DNA of 64,000 bases from Candidatus Binatia bacterium (GTDB taxonomy: Bacteria > Desulfobacterota > Binatia > Bin18): the NCBI GenBank assembly GCA_963666315.2, contig CAXXHG010000001.1, positions 1 to 64,000 of the forward strand, in the 5' to 3' direction. Made by a program: the position numbers and the translations under genes. Shown here piece after piece: positions 50,609 to 59,910 of this stretch; within the stretch, counting starts at the first letter, position 1; each line of letters begins with the position of its first letter. A model generated the notes under the pieces. The model saw only the letters and a program-made list of their open reading frames with translations, had not been told where the DNA came from and searched no databases.

Positions 50609-51292
50609 ATGGGAATTTTTACACGAGTCCGTGACATTATTAGTGCGAATCTCAACGCCATGCTGGATAAAGCTGAGGATCCAGAGAAACTCATTCGACT
50701 CATGATTAAGGAGATGGAGGATACCCTGGTTGAGATTAAGGCCTCGTGTGCCGGAGCCATGGCAGCGAAAAAGAAAATCGAGCGAGACTGCACGGCGGTC
50801 GAAACGCGGGCGACACAGTGGGGCGAGAAGGCCCAACTTGCTGTGGACAAGGACCGCGAAGACCTCGCCCGCGAGGCACTCATGGAAAAGCGGCGCTACA
50901 CCGAACGTGCTGACGGCCTCAGAAAAGAATTGGCTGAGTGCGAGGGATTAGTTGATCAATACCAGGAAGACCTTGCTCAACTCGAGGATAAGCTCGGGGC
51001 CGTACGCGAGAAGCAGCGTTTGCTTGTTCAGCGTCATATTCATGCCCACAAGCGCAAGCGTGCCCAAGATGAGTTGCGACGACTCGACAGCTCGGATGCC
51101 TTTATACGGTTCGAACAATTTGAAAATCGAATCGAACGCATGGAGGCTGAAGCTGATTTGGTGAATCCCCGTCGTCGCCATTCCCTCGACGAGGAGTTTG
51201 CCCGTCTAGAAGGCGATGAGGACATTGAAAAAGAGTTGGAAGCCCTCAAAGTTGCTGTCACAAGAGAGACCGGAGCTACATCGCCGATCTAA
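50609..51292 (+). CDS. pspA: Phage shock protein PspA
   Basis: MGIFTRVRDIISANLNAMLDKAEDPEKLIRLMIKEMEDTLVE. Confidence 0.97.
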   Translation: MGIFTRVRDIISANLNAMLDKAEDPEKLIRLMIKEMEDTLVEIKASCAGAMAAKKKIERDCTAVETRATQWGEKAQLAVDKDREDLAREALMEKRRYTERADGLRKELAECEGLVDQYQEDLAQLEDKLGAVREKQRLLVQRHIHAHKRKRAQDELRRLDSSDAFIRFEQFENRIERMEAEADLVNPRRRHSLDEEFARLEGDEDIEKELEALKVAVTRETGATSPI

Positions 51293-51332
51293 AGACGCCG
51301 CAAGAATGTACTACATGGAGTGAGTCTACGTT

Positions 51333-51593
51333 ATGGATGCTCAAATAGGCGCCGGGTTATTCGCAATTATACTCATCTTTGGCTCTGTCTTCGTTGCTGT
51401 AATCGGAGGACTGGCGCTTGCGGCTTGGGCGATATGGAGAAAAACTGCGCCCAAACAGGGACACCTTGCACAGGCTGACGAAGCGCAAATGGTCCAAGAG
51501 CTGTACCAAGGCTTATCGCGGATGGAAGAGCGAGTAGAGACATTGGAAACTCTCTTGCTTGACCAAGAAAGAAAAGGGCAAGGGAAACCATGA
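51333..51593 (+). CDS. pspB: Phage shock protein PspB-like membrane protein
   Basis: N-terminal TM and RMEERVETLETLLLD. Lies between pspA and pspC. Confidence 0.85.
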   Translation: MDAQIGAGLFAIILIFGSVFVAVIGGLALAAWAIWRKTAPKQGHLAQADEAQMVQELYQGLSRMEERVETLETLLLDQERKGQGKP

Positions 51594-51970
51594 CAGCGAC
51601 AGAACGTCCGGCGGGTTTGTATCGATCGCGAGACGGTATGATTCTCGGTGTATGTAAGGGAATCGCCGACTATCTCGATTTTTCACTCTTTTGGACGCGT
51701 ATGCTTGCTGTCCTGTTCTTTATCTTCTCTGGCTTCTGGCCTGTCGGCGGTTTCTATTTACTTTCCGCTCTGGTCATGAAACCTGAGCCTGTAGTGCCTT
51801 TTGGAAGTTCAGGTGAACGAGAATTTTATGACGCCTACGTCAATTCTCGCGGGCTTGCCCTGCATCGTTTGAAACGCACCTTTGATAATCTCGATCGTCG
51901 TATCCGACGCATGGAAGACGTGGTGACGAATCGCGAGTATGACTGGGAGCAGCGTTTGCACAAATCATAA
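51590..51970 (+). CDS. pspC: Phage shock protein PspC
   Basis: LYRSRDGMILGVCKGIADY and RIRRMEDVVT. Confidence 0.93.
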   Translation: MTATERPAGLYRSRDGMILGVCKGIADYLDFSLFWTRMLAVLFFIFSGFWPVGGFYLLSALVMKPEPVVPFGSSGEREFYDAYVNSRGLALHRLKRTFDNLDRRIRRMEDVVTNREYDWEQRLHKS

Positions 51971-52105
51971 ACTCTTCGCAAAACCACCTCGCCTGATCGC
52001 CTCCAGCAAAATTCGCTCGAAATTCGCTACGGTAGCAGAGCGGAAGAATGCCAGGTACATAGGACTGGGGAGACCTATAACCTGTTGAGCATAAGGAGGG
52101 GGCTC

Positions 52106-54028
52106 ATGTCACTTCGACGCAGCACGACGTGCGCTTACGAGCGGAAAGTTGGCTGGACAACCGTACTTGCCATACTGCTTACCGGCTTCATATTCACCCC
52201 AAGTTGGGCAATGAAACCAACGGGGCAGAAGCCTGATGGCAAAGCGCTGTATGAAGGCCACTGTGCCAAATGCCACGGCGGGAAATCTACCCGCGCCGCG
52301 CGGCTTGAGATTTTACACCGACTGCCTGCCGAGTTCATATTGCATTCGCTGGAACTCGGGAAAATGAAATTTCAAGGCGTCTTGCGTAGCAACGAAGAGC
52401 GCCGGGCCATTTCCGAATGGGTAACAGGTAAGAAACTCAAACCGGAATCCGCGACGGATGAAACCGTGGCCGGATTCTGTGCAGACGCGCCGGGCGAGTT
52501 CTCGGTCGAAGAAGGTGCTCCACAGTGGAACGGCTGGGGTGTGGATGCGGTAAACAGCCGCTTCCAGCCTGCGGAACACGCCGGTGTCAGCGCGGACCAA
52601 GTGCCAAAGCTGAGAGTGAAATGGGTGTTCGGTTTGCCCATGGACTACCAAACCTCGCAGCCGACTGTTGTTGGCGGACGGGTCTTTGTCGGCACTATGA
52701 AGGGCCGAGTTTATTCGATCGATGCCAAGACCGGCTGTCTATATTGGTCGATGAAACCAAAATCAGGCGTTCGCTCGACTCTGGTTATTGGCCAACTACC
52801 GGGCTCAAATCCACCTCGCTATGTGGTCTATTTTGGAGATTCAGAGGCCCGAATGTATGCTTTGGACGCAAGAACGGGCAAGGAGCTGTGGCGAACGCGT
52901 ATTGACGATCATCCTATGGCGCGTATTACCGGCACGCCTAAGCTGCACGGCAATCGTTTGTATGTCCCGATCACGGCGTTAGAGGAAGCGGCTGGGGCGG
53001 ATGCGGATTATGAGTGTTGTACCTTCCGCGGCACGCTGGTGGCCATGAACCCGATCAATGGCAAGACGGTCTGGAAGACGTATACCATTCCGGATCTTCC
53101 CGCCCCGTTTCGAAAAAATAGAATTGGAACGCAACTCTGGGGGCCGTCAGGCGCGTCAGTCTGGTCATCTCCGACGCTCGACCTTGAACGTGGTAGAATG
53201 TATGTCACGACTGGTGATAACTATTCGGACCCGGCCTCGCTCACAAGCGATGCCATGATGGCCTTTGATCTCCGGACCGGGAAATTCCTGTGGTCGCAGC
53301 AATTCACACCGAATGATGCCTTTAATCTCGGTTGCGAGACTGCGGATGACACAAACTGCCCGGAGGCCAATGGGCCGGATTTGGACTTTGGCTCTTCATC
53401 AATTCTCGCCAAGCTGCCGAATGGCAAACGCGTTCTGCTCGCGGGTCAGAAGTCCGGGGTAGTGCATGCCGTCGATCCTGATCGTGACGGTGAGATTTTG
53501 TGGCAACAGCGCATCGGCAAGGGCGGCCTGATCGGTGGAATCCAGTGGGGACCGGCTGCCGATGCAAAGACGATTTATGTTGCCTTGTCAGATATTGGTG
53601 TGGAGACCCACAAAGATGAAGATTTGGGCTGGACGACCACGCTGAACACCAGCGTTGGTGGGGGTATGTTTGCGTATGACATCGAAACTGGTGAGCAGAA
53701 ATGGTATACGCCACCCCCGGGCTGTGGTGAGCGTAAAGCCTGCAGTCCGGCTCAGTCGGCGGCAGTTTCCGTCATCCCGGGCGTAGTCTTCTCTGGTTCG
53801 GTGGATGGTCATTTGCGTGCCTACTCAACATCGGATGGTACGGTGGTGTGGGATTACAATGCGGACCAGGAGTATGAAAGTACGAATGGTGTGAAGACCC
53901 GAGGGGGCTCGTTTGACGGTCCAGGTCCCACGATTGTCGACGGGATGGTGTACGTTAATTCCGGTTATGGTTATTGGGGCGGCATGCCAGGCAACGCGCT
54001 TTTGGCTTTCTCAGTAGATGAGGAATAG
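52106..54028 (+). CDS. Cytochrome c-PQQ quinohemoprotein dehydrogenase (PVA dehydrogenase-like), paralog 1
   Basis: Signal peptide, CAKCH, WNGWG, YECCTFRG, GPDLDFG, AGQKSG and YVNSGYG. Confidence 0.92.
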   Translation: MSLRRSTTCAYERKVGWTTVLAILLTGFIFTPSWAMKPTGQKPDGKALYEGHCAKCHGGKSTRAARLEILHRLPAEFILHSLELGKMKFQGVLRSNEERRAISEWVTGKKLKPESATDETVAGFCADAPGEFSVEEGAPQWNGWGVDAVNSRFQPAEHAGVSADQVPKLRVKWVFGLPMDYQTSQPTVVGGRVFVGTMKGRVYSIDAKTGCLYWSMKPKSGVRSTLVIGQLPGSNPPRYVVYFGDSEARMYALDARTGKELWRTRIDDHPMARITGTPKLHGNRLYVPITALEEAAGADADYECCTFRGTLVAMNPINGKTVWKTYTIPDLPAPFRKNRIGTQLWGPSGASVWSSPTLDLERGRMYVTTGDNYSDPASLTSDAMMAFDLRTGKFLWSQQFTPNDAFNLGCETADDTNCPEANGPDLDFGSSSILAKLPNGKRVLLAGQKSGVVHAVDPDRDGEILWQQRIGKGGLIGGIQWGPAADAKTIYVALSDIGVETHKDEDLGWTTTLNTSVGGGMFAYDIETGEQKWYTPPPGCGERKACSPAQSAAVSVIPGVVFSGSVDGHLRAYSTSDGTVVWDYNADQEYESTNGVKTRGGSFDGPGPTIVDGMVYVNSGYGYWGGMPGNALLAFSVDEE

Positions 54029-54098
54029 TCATTTAGGAGACGAAATCCAGTCGATAACAAACCGTTGCGTTCTTGTAAGAGACAAAGGAGGGGCTGCC

Positions 54099-56018
54099 AT
54101 GGCCGTGACAGATAAGACACATTTGAAAAGGCGAGTGATCACCTCGTGGCTCACCGGAGTGTGGTGCTTTGCCCTGCTAGGCATTTTTATCCCAACGAGT
54201 TGGGCAATGGGGCCGGGAGCAAAAACGGCCGCTGATGGAGAGAAACTCTACAACCAATTCTGCGCCCAGTGTCACGAGGGACAAGTGAAGCGTGCACCCC
54301 ACCGTGAAGTCCTGGCGCGACTGCCTGCAGCCCTGGTGCTGCATTCGCTCGAAGTGGGCAAGATGCGGATGCAAGGCTGGGTTCGGACTGCTGCGGAGCT
54401 GCGCGCGATGTCCGAATGGATCACGGGCAAGAAGATAAAGGACACGGATGACACTGTAGCCGGGTTTTGTGCAGACGCCCCAGGGACATTTTCCGTGCAA
54501 GCCGATGCTCCGCAGTGGAATGGTTGGGGAGTCGACCATCTGAACAGCCGCTTCCAGTCTACGCAGCATGCCGGGATACAGGCAGACCAAGTGCCTGAGC
54601 TGAAAGTAAAATGGGTATTCGGCTTGCCCATGGATTTTCGGGCCTCACAGCCCACGGTTGTTGGCGGCCGTATCTTTGTCGGTTCGTTGAATGGCCGCAT
54701 TTATTCGCTAGACGCGAAAACCGGCTGTTTGTACTGGTCTGTCAAAACGACCGGCGGCGTTCGCTCGACCATGGTGGTAGACACACTACCCGGTACGAAT
54801 CCGCCCCGTTCTGTCGTCTACGTGGGCGACTCCGAGGCAAACGTGTATGCCCTGGATGCACGAACGGGCAGGCAGTTATGGAAAGTCAGAGTCGATGACC
54901 ATCCCTTGGCCACGATAACCGGCACGCCGAAAACGCATGGCAACCGGCTGTACGTGTCCACCACAGCTCTAGAAGAACTTGCCGGCGGAGATCCCAACTA
55001 TGAATGTTGTACGTTTCGCGGCAAAGTGATGGCGCTGAACCGCTTCAACGGCAAGTTGGTGTGGAGGGCCTACACGATTCTCGATCCCCCGGCCCCGACA
55101 CGTAAGAATGCCATTGGCACCCAGCTGTGGGGGCCGTCAGGGGCGTCGGTGTGGTCGTCGCCCGCGCTCGACCCGGAACGTGGCCGCATTTACGTGACCA
55201 CGGGGGACAATTATTCGGACCCGGCCTCACTGACGAGTGATGCAGTCGTGGCCTTTGATCTGCGAACCGGCGCCTTCTTGTGGTCTAAGCAGTTCACTGC
55301 GGGCGACGCGTGGAATGTTGGCTGTGAACAAAAGGACGATACTAATTGTCCGCAAGCGCGCGGTCCAGATCTTGACTTTGCCTCTGCGCCCATCCTGCGT
55401 GTCTTACCCGACGGGAGACGGGTCATTCTGGCGGGCCAAAAGTCGGGCATGTTGCACGCCATTGACCCGGACCGGAAGGGCGAAATCCTGTGGCAACAGC
55501 GGGTTGGTAAGGGCGGCCTCATCGGCGGTATTCAGTGGGGCTCTGCTGCTGATGCCAAACGGGTCTATGTGGCTTTGTCCGATATTGGGGTAACTACCGT
55601 AAAGGATTCTGATATTGGCTTTGACACGACACTCGACAGCAGCGTTGGCGGGGGCATGTTTGCGTATGACATCGAGACGGGTGAGCGCACATGGTATGTC
55701 CCACCGCCCGGCTGTGGCGGCCGGGAACGGTGCAGTCCGGCGCAGTCCGCAGCCGTGTCTGCTATTCCTGGGGTGGTGTTCTCGGGTTCGGTAGATGGAC
55801 ATTTGCGTGGTTATGCGACAGATACCGGGGCGGTGGTGTGGGACTACAACGCGGACCAGGAGTATGAAAGCACAAACGGCGTCAAGACGCGCGGTGGCTC
55901 GTTCGATGGTCCGGGACCGACCATTGTCGATGGTATGGTGTACGTGAATTCGGGTTATGGTTTTCAGGGCGCAATGGGAGGAAACGCCCTGATCGCTTTT
56001 TCCGTAAATGGCGAATAG
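54099..56018 (+). CDS. Cytochrome c-PQQ quinohemoprotein dehydrogenase (PVA dehydrogenase-like), paralog 2
   Basis: Signal peptide, CAQCH and the same PQQ beta-propeller motifs. RBS AAGGAGG. Confidence 0.92.
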   Translation: MAVTDKTHLKRRVITSWLTGVWCFALLGIFIPTSWAMGPGAKTAADGEKLYNQFCAQCHEGQVKRAPHREVLARLPAALVLHSLEVGKMRMQGWVRTAAELRAMSEWITGKKIKDTDDTVAGFCADAPGTFSVQADAPQWNGWGVDHLNSRFQSTQHAGIQADQVPELKVKWVFGLPMDFRASQPTVVGGRIFVGSLNGRIYSLDAKTGCLYWSVKTTGGVRSTMVVDTLPGTNPPRSVVYVGDSEANVYALDARTGRQLWKVRVDDHPLATITGTPKTHGNRLYVSTTALEELAGGDPNYECCTFRGKVMALNRFNGKLVWRAYTILDPPAPTRKNAIGTQLWGPSGASVWSSPALDPERGRIYVTTGDNYSDPASLTSDAVVAFDLRTGAFLWSKQFTAGDAWNVGCEQKDDTNCPQARGPDLDFASAPILRVLPDGRRVILAGQKSGMLHAIDPDRKGEILWQQRVGKGGLIGGIQWGSAADAKRVYVALSDIGVTTVKDSDIGFDTTLDSSVGGGMFAYDIETGERTWYVPPPGCGGRERCSPAQSAAVSAIPGVVFSGSVDGHLRGYATDTGAVVWDYNADQEYESTNGVKTRGGSFDGPGPTIVDGMVYVNSGYGFQGAMGGNALIAFSVNGE

Positions 56019-56030
56019 TTAGCCTTCTCT

Positions 56031-56072
56031 GTGACTCTTTTTTCCTTTCCCCTGAGGGGAAAAAAGAGTCAC
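56031..56072. other. Perfect 15-bp inverted repeat between paralogs 2 and 3
   Basis: GTGACTCTTTTTTCC-N12-GGAAAAAAGAGTCAC, with no trailing U-tract. Confidence 0.75.
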
Positions 56073-56175
56073 TCTACAAAACTGCGCGCGGGAGTATCTG
56101 GACGAGAGAGAGGGGTTCGACACAAAACGCTTCTCCGAGGCAAAAAGGAGGGGCATCGGGAAAAGGAGGTCTTTT

Positions 56176-58104
56176 ATGTTTGTCCCATCGTCTGTTGGAT
56201 CTACAAAGCAAAGCATACGTGTCGTGATACAAGCCAGTGCGTGTGTTGCTTTTTTATTGAGTATGATTGTTCCGTCCAGCTGGGCCTTCTCGCCAACGAA
56301 TGGGGGCGCTGACGGTGAGACACTTTACAAAGAAAACTGCGCGCGCTGCCACGAGGGGCAAGTCAAACGCGCCCCGCACCGTCAAGTCCTTCAGCGCCTG
56401 TCAGCCGATATGGTGCTGCATTCTTTGGAACTCGGCAAGATGAAATTCCAAGGCATGACGCGGACAACTGCGGAGCGCCGTGCTACGGCCGAATGGATCA
56501 CGGGCAAGAAGTTAAAACCCGCCTCGGCTCAGGATGAAACTGTTGCCGGGTTTTGTCCGGACGCGCCGGGGGAGTTCTCCATTGAAGACGGTGCTCCTGA
56601 GTGGAATGGTTGGGGAGTCAATCACTTTAACACGCGTTTCCAAACTGCTGCTGATGCAGGCGTGAGCGCAGACCAGGTGCCCAACCTCAAGGTCAAATGG
56701 GTCTTTGGTTTGCCTATGGATTTCCAAACCTCGCAGCCGACTGTGGTTGGCGGCCGGGTTTTCGTGGGGAGTATGAAGGGCCGCGTGTATGCCGTTCATG
56801 CCAAAACCGGCTGTTTGTACTGGTCTGTCAAAACGAAGGCTGGTGTGCGTTCAACAATGGTGGTGGATACGCTGCCCGGCACCAGCCCGGCTCGTTACGT
56901 CGTCTATGTGGGTGACGTCGAGGCCAACCTGTACGCGCTGGATGCGCAAACGGGCAAGGAGCTCTGGCAAGTCAAAATCGACGACCACCCGTTGGCACGG
57001 ATTACCGCAACGCCAAAAACGCACGGCAATCGGATCTATGTCTCGGCTACCACATTCGAAGAAGTCGCGGGCGGAGATCCCAGTTACGAGTGCTGCACGT
57101 TTCGTGGTTCAGTGCTGGCCCTCAATCGGTTCAATGGTAAGCAAGTCTGGAAGGCGTATACCATTCCAGATCCACCCGCCCCTGTCCGCAAGAATAAGTT
57201 TGGAGTTCAGCTGTGGGGGCCGTCGGGGGCCTCGGTGTGGTCCTCACCGGCCCTCGACCTGGAACGGGGCAGAATATACGTCACCACCGGCGATAACTAT
57301 TCCGATCCAGCCTCGCTCACCAGTGACGCAGTGATGGCCTTTGATCTGCGGACCGGGAAGTTCTTGTGGTCCAAGCAGTTCACGCCGAACGATGCCTGGA
57401 ATGTCGGTTGTGAGACGGACGACGACGCCAACTGTCCGCAGGCGCGTGGTCCGGACCTCGACTTTGCGTCATCGCCCATCCTACACATTTTACCCAACGG
57501 CAGACGCATCATTCTGGCTGGACAAAAGTCTGGGGTGATGCATGCCATAGATCCGGATCGCGATGGTGAGATTCTCTGGCAACATCGGGTCGGCAAGGGC
57601 GGTCTAGCGGGAGGGATACAATGGGGCTCGGCGGCTGATGCCAAACAGGTCTATGTCGCTCTGTCCGATATTGGCATTAAGACTGTAGAGAATTCGGATG
57701 TGGGCTGGGCCACGACCCTGGATGGCAGCGTTGGCGGCGGCATGTTTGCCATAGGCATTGAAAGTGGCGAGCGCAACTGGCATGTGCCGCCTGTAGGATG
57801 TGGAGATAAGCCCCAATGCAGTCCGGCCCAGTCAGCTGCGGTAACCGCCATTCCCGGGGTTGTCTTCTCCGGCTCGGAAGACGGCCATCTGCGCGGCTAT
57901 GCCACCGACACCGGCGAAGTGGTGTGGGATTACGATGCCGATCAAGAATATGAAAGCATAAATGGCGTCAAGACGAAAGGCGGCTCGTTTGACGGCCCGG
58001 GGCCGACGATTGTAGACGGTATGATGTATGTCAATTCGGGTTATGGTTTTTGGGGCGGCATGTCGGGGAACGCGTTGATAGCGTTCTCGGTGAATGGCGA
58101 GTGA
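56176..58104 (+). CDS. Cytochrome c-PQQ quinohemoprotein dehydrogenase (PVA dehydrogenase-like), paralog 3
   Basis: Signal peptide, CARCH and the same motifs. RBS AAGGAGG. Confidence 0.92.
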   Translation: MFVPSSVGSTKQSIRVVIQASACVAFLLSMIVPSSWAFSPTNGGADGETLYKENCARCHEGQVKRAPHRQVLQRLSADMVLHSLELGKMKFQGMTRTTAERRATAEWITGKKLKPASAQDETVAGFCPDAPGEFSIEDGAPEWNGWGVNHFNTRFQTAADAGVSADQVPNLKVKWVFGLPMDFQTSQPTVVGGRVFVGSMKGRVYAVHAKTGCLYWSVKTKAGVRSTMVVDTLPGTSPARYVVYVGDVEANLYALDAQTGKELWQVKIDDHPLARITATPKTHGNRIYVSATTFEEVAGGDPSYECCTFRGSVLALNRFNGKQVWKAYTIPDPPAPVRKNKFGVQLWGPSGASVWSSPALDLERGRIYVTTGDNYSDPASLTSDAVMAFDLRTGKFLWSKQFTPNDAWNVGCETDDDANCPQARGPDLDFASSPILHILPNGRRIILAGQKSGVMHAIDPDRDGEILWQHRVGKGGLAGGIQWGSAADAKQVYVALSDIGIKTVENSDVGWATTLDGSVGGGMFAIGIESGERNWHVPPVGCGDKPQCSPAQSAAVTAIPGVVFSGSEDGHLRGYATDTGEVVWDYDADQEYESINGVKTKGGSFDGPGPTIVDGMMYVNSGYGFWGGMSGNALIAFSVNGE

Positions 58105-58136
58105 CGCTAACGCACTTCATTCATCGCTTTTGATGC

Positions 58137-58164
58137 GTAGGGGCAATTCATGAATTGCCCCTAC
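58137..58164. repeat. Perfect 28-bp GTAG REP-like palindrome
   Basis: GTAGGGGCAATTCATGAATTGCCCCTAC. Confidence 0.85.
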
Positions 58165-58279
58165 AACTGGTGGAATCGAAGTGTCACCGGACGAATTCAT
58201 GCCGGTAGGTCTAGTAGCGTGTCCCGTCTGAAATTGGGCATGTCTGCGGGTTCATGCTTTGACGGGGCTGCTGAGGACT

Positions 58280-58337
58280 TTCTTCTTCGCGGGTCAGCCC
58301 GGCGGCATACTCCATGGCGTCCTGGATATCCTCCTCC
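58280..58337 (-). pseudogene. C-terminal remnant of a DUF433-type protein
   Basis: My translation is EEDIQDAMEYAAGLTREEE, directly after the stop of the upstream lipoprotein gene. Confidence 0.55.
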
Positions 58338-58338
58338 T

Positions 58339-58977
58339 TTATGGAGCCGGCGCGGTGGCTAATTCAGTCGCAAGGTCAGCCGAAAGCTGCTGAAGAATCT
58401 CTTGAAGATTCCTACTCATGGCCTCCGCCACGGCGGCTGGATTGCGTTTGGTTGCTTGCTGGGTTGCGGTATAGGTCTCAAACCAAAATGGGGATGCATT
58501 GCGAGAGCGGCTGAGCCAGACGTCAATGCTCAGGACTGCCTGCCAAGACTGGGCCTGATCGATCTCCTCACACTGACGCACGACGCCTCCGAGCTGTATA
58601 TCGGCCGGAGCATCCGGAGTCGGATAGACCGTGCTGAAGAGGTTGGATTGCTGCAAGGCGCGTCGTATCAACGTTGTCACCATGTCTGCCGGTTGCGAGA
58701 CCCAGCGATGATAATGGTAGAAATCTACCTGGTAGGGCGAGGAGCGATAGACAATGCGGTCTCGGTTATACGGTTGGTGGGCGGTAAACAGTCGCACAAC
58801 CAATGAAGCTGGCGAAGTTGGTGAAGCTGTGGTCTGCGCTGTAGGAGCTGAGCCGGTGTTGCCAGAGGGAAGAGACAGCGCGTAATAGTGCACCTCTTGC
58901 TTGGACTGAGTGACACTACACCCGGCGAGCACTACGCTCCAGAGAATAAGGCAGAACAAGAGCCTGGTGTATGTCAT
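58339..58977 (-). CDS. ABC-type transport auxiliary lipoprotein (PqiC-like)
   Basis: Lipobox LAGC, YYAL and RIVYR....YHYHRWVSQP. Last gene of the Mla-like operon. Confidence 0.85.
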   Translation of the reverse strand: MTYTRLLFCLILWSVVLAGCSVTQSKQEVHYYALSLPSGNTGSAPTAQTTASPTSPASLVVRLFTAHQPYNRDRIVYRSSPYQVDFYHYHRWVSQPADMVTTLIRRALQQSNLFSTVYPTPDAPADIQLGGVVRQCEEIDQAQSWQAVLSIDVWLSRSRNASPFWFETYTATQQATKRNPAAVAEAMSRNLQEILQQLSADLATELATAPAP

Positions 58978-59910
58978 GGGTCTGGAATTTCTTTGGCTGC
59001 AACCGTTGTCCCCCAAACAATAGCAGATGGGTCATTGCGTAGGGATACGCTCAGCTCCCTCAGTTCTAGTGCGGTATTCGACAAATTCACTAGGAGTTGA
59101 CGCACTTCTTGGCGATTGTCAACAACAACGTCGTCGACGTGGCGAGTCAACTGGCGCACCTCATTTACCAGCTGGGCCATCACGGCTGCGGTCTGCTGCA
59201 TCTGGATCATTATCGCTTTGCCATCCTTATACAAATCTCCGCGTATGGTGTTAATCGCATCCGTCGCATTTTTTATCCCAGCTGCTGCCTGAGCCAGATT
59301 GTCAACCATCTGGCGTAAAGCCGTTCGCGTTTCCGGGGTTGAGACTTCATCCAGCGAAGTGCGCAGATCTTCTGCCAAGAGCGACATATTGCGCAGAAAG
59401 TTAGTGACGGCGGTCAGATTCTGCTCGCTCAAAACGCCTTGTTCAATACGCGTGAGTGTATCAAGTAGGCGTTCCGCGATAGCGCCCGCGCGATCTTGAA
59501 ACTCTTCCCAGCCCGCCGCGTTCGACTTCAATTTTCGCACCTGTTTCTAAAAGAGGCGCGGTCCTCGATCCGCCCGTCAGTTCGATATAGCGAATGCCGG
59601 TCACAAATGAGCCTATGAGATGCGCGGTCGTATCTTGGCGGATGGGGGTGCCCGGCTGCAGCGCAATCATCACCTCAGCCAGGGGGGGAGTGTCATGGGT
59701 GAGCCTAATGGCTTCGACTTTGCCGACGGTGACACCTTGATACTCAACCACCGCGCCAGGCAAGAGGCCGCTGACTGATTCTGCAAACAAAATGGCATAA
59801 CTATCGACCGACTGAAAAAAACGTGAGCCTGCCAGCCACAGCAGTGCACTGCTAAACAGAAAGAAGCTGAGTGTGACAAACAGGCCGACCTTAAGCCGAT
59901 TCTGTCCCAT
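58974..59910 (-). pseudogene. MlaD/MCE substrate-binding protein, frameshifted
   Basis: VGLFV, ESVSGL..GAVVEYQGVTVGKV and VTGIRYIEL. Frame changes at about 59507 to a helical tail ending LRNDPSAIVWG. This may be a sequencing error. Confidence 0.85.
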
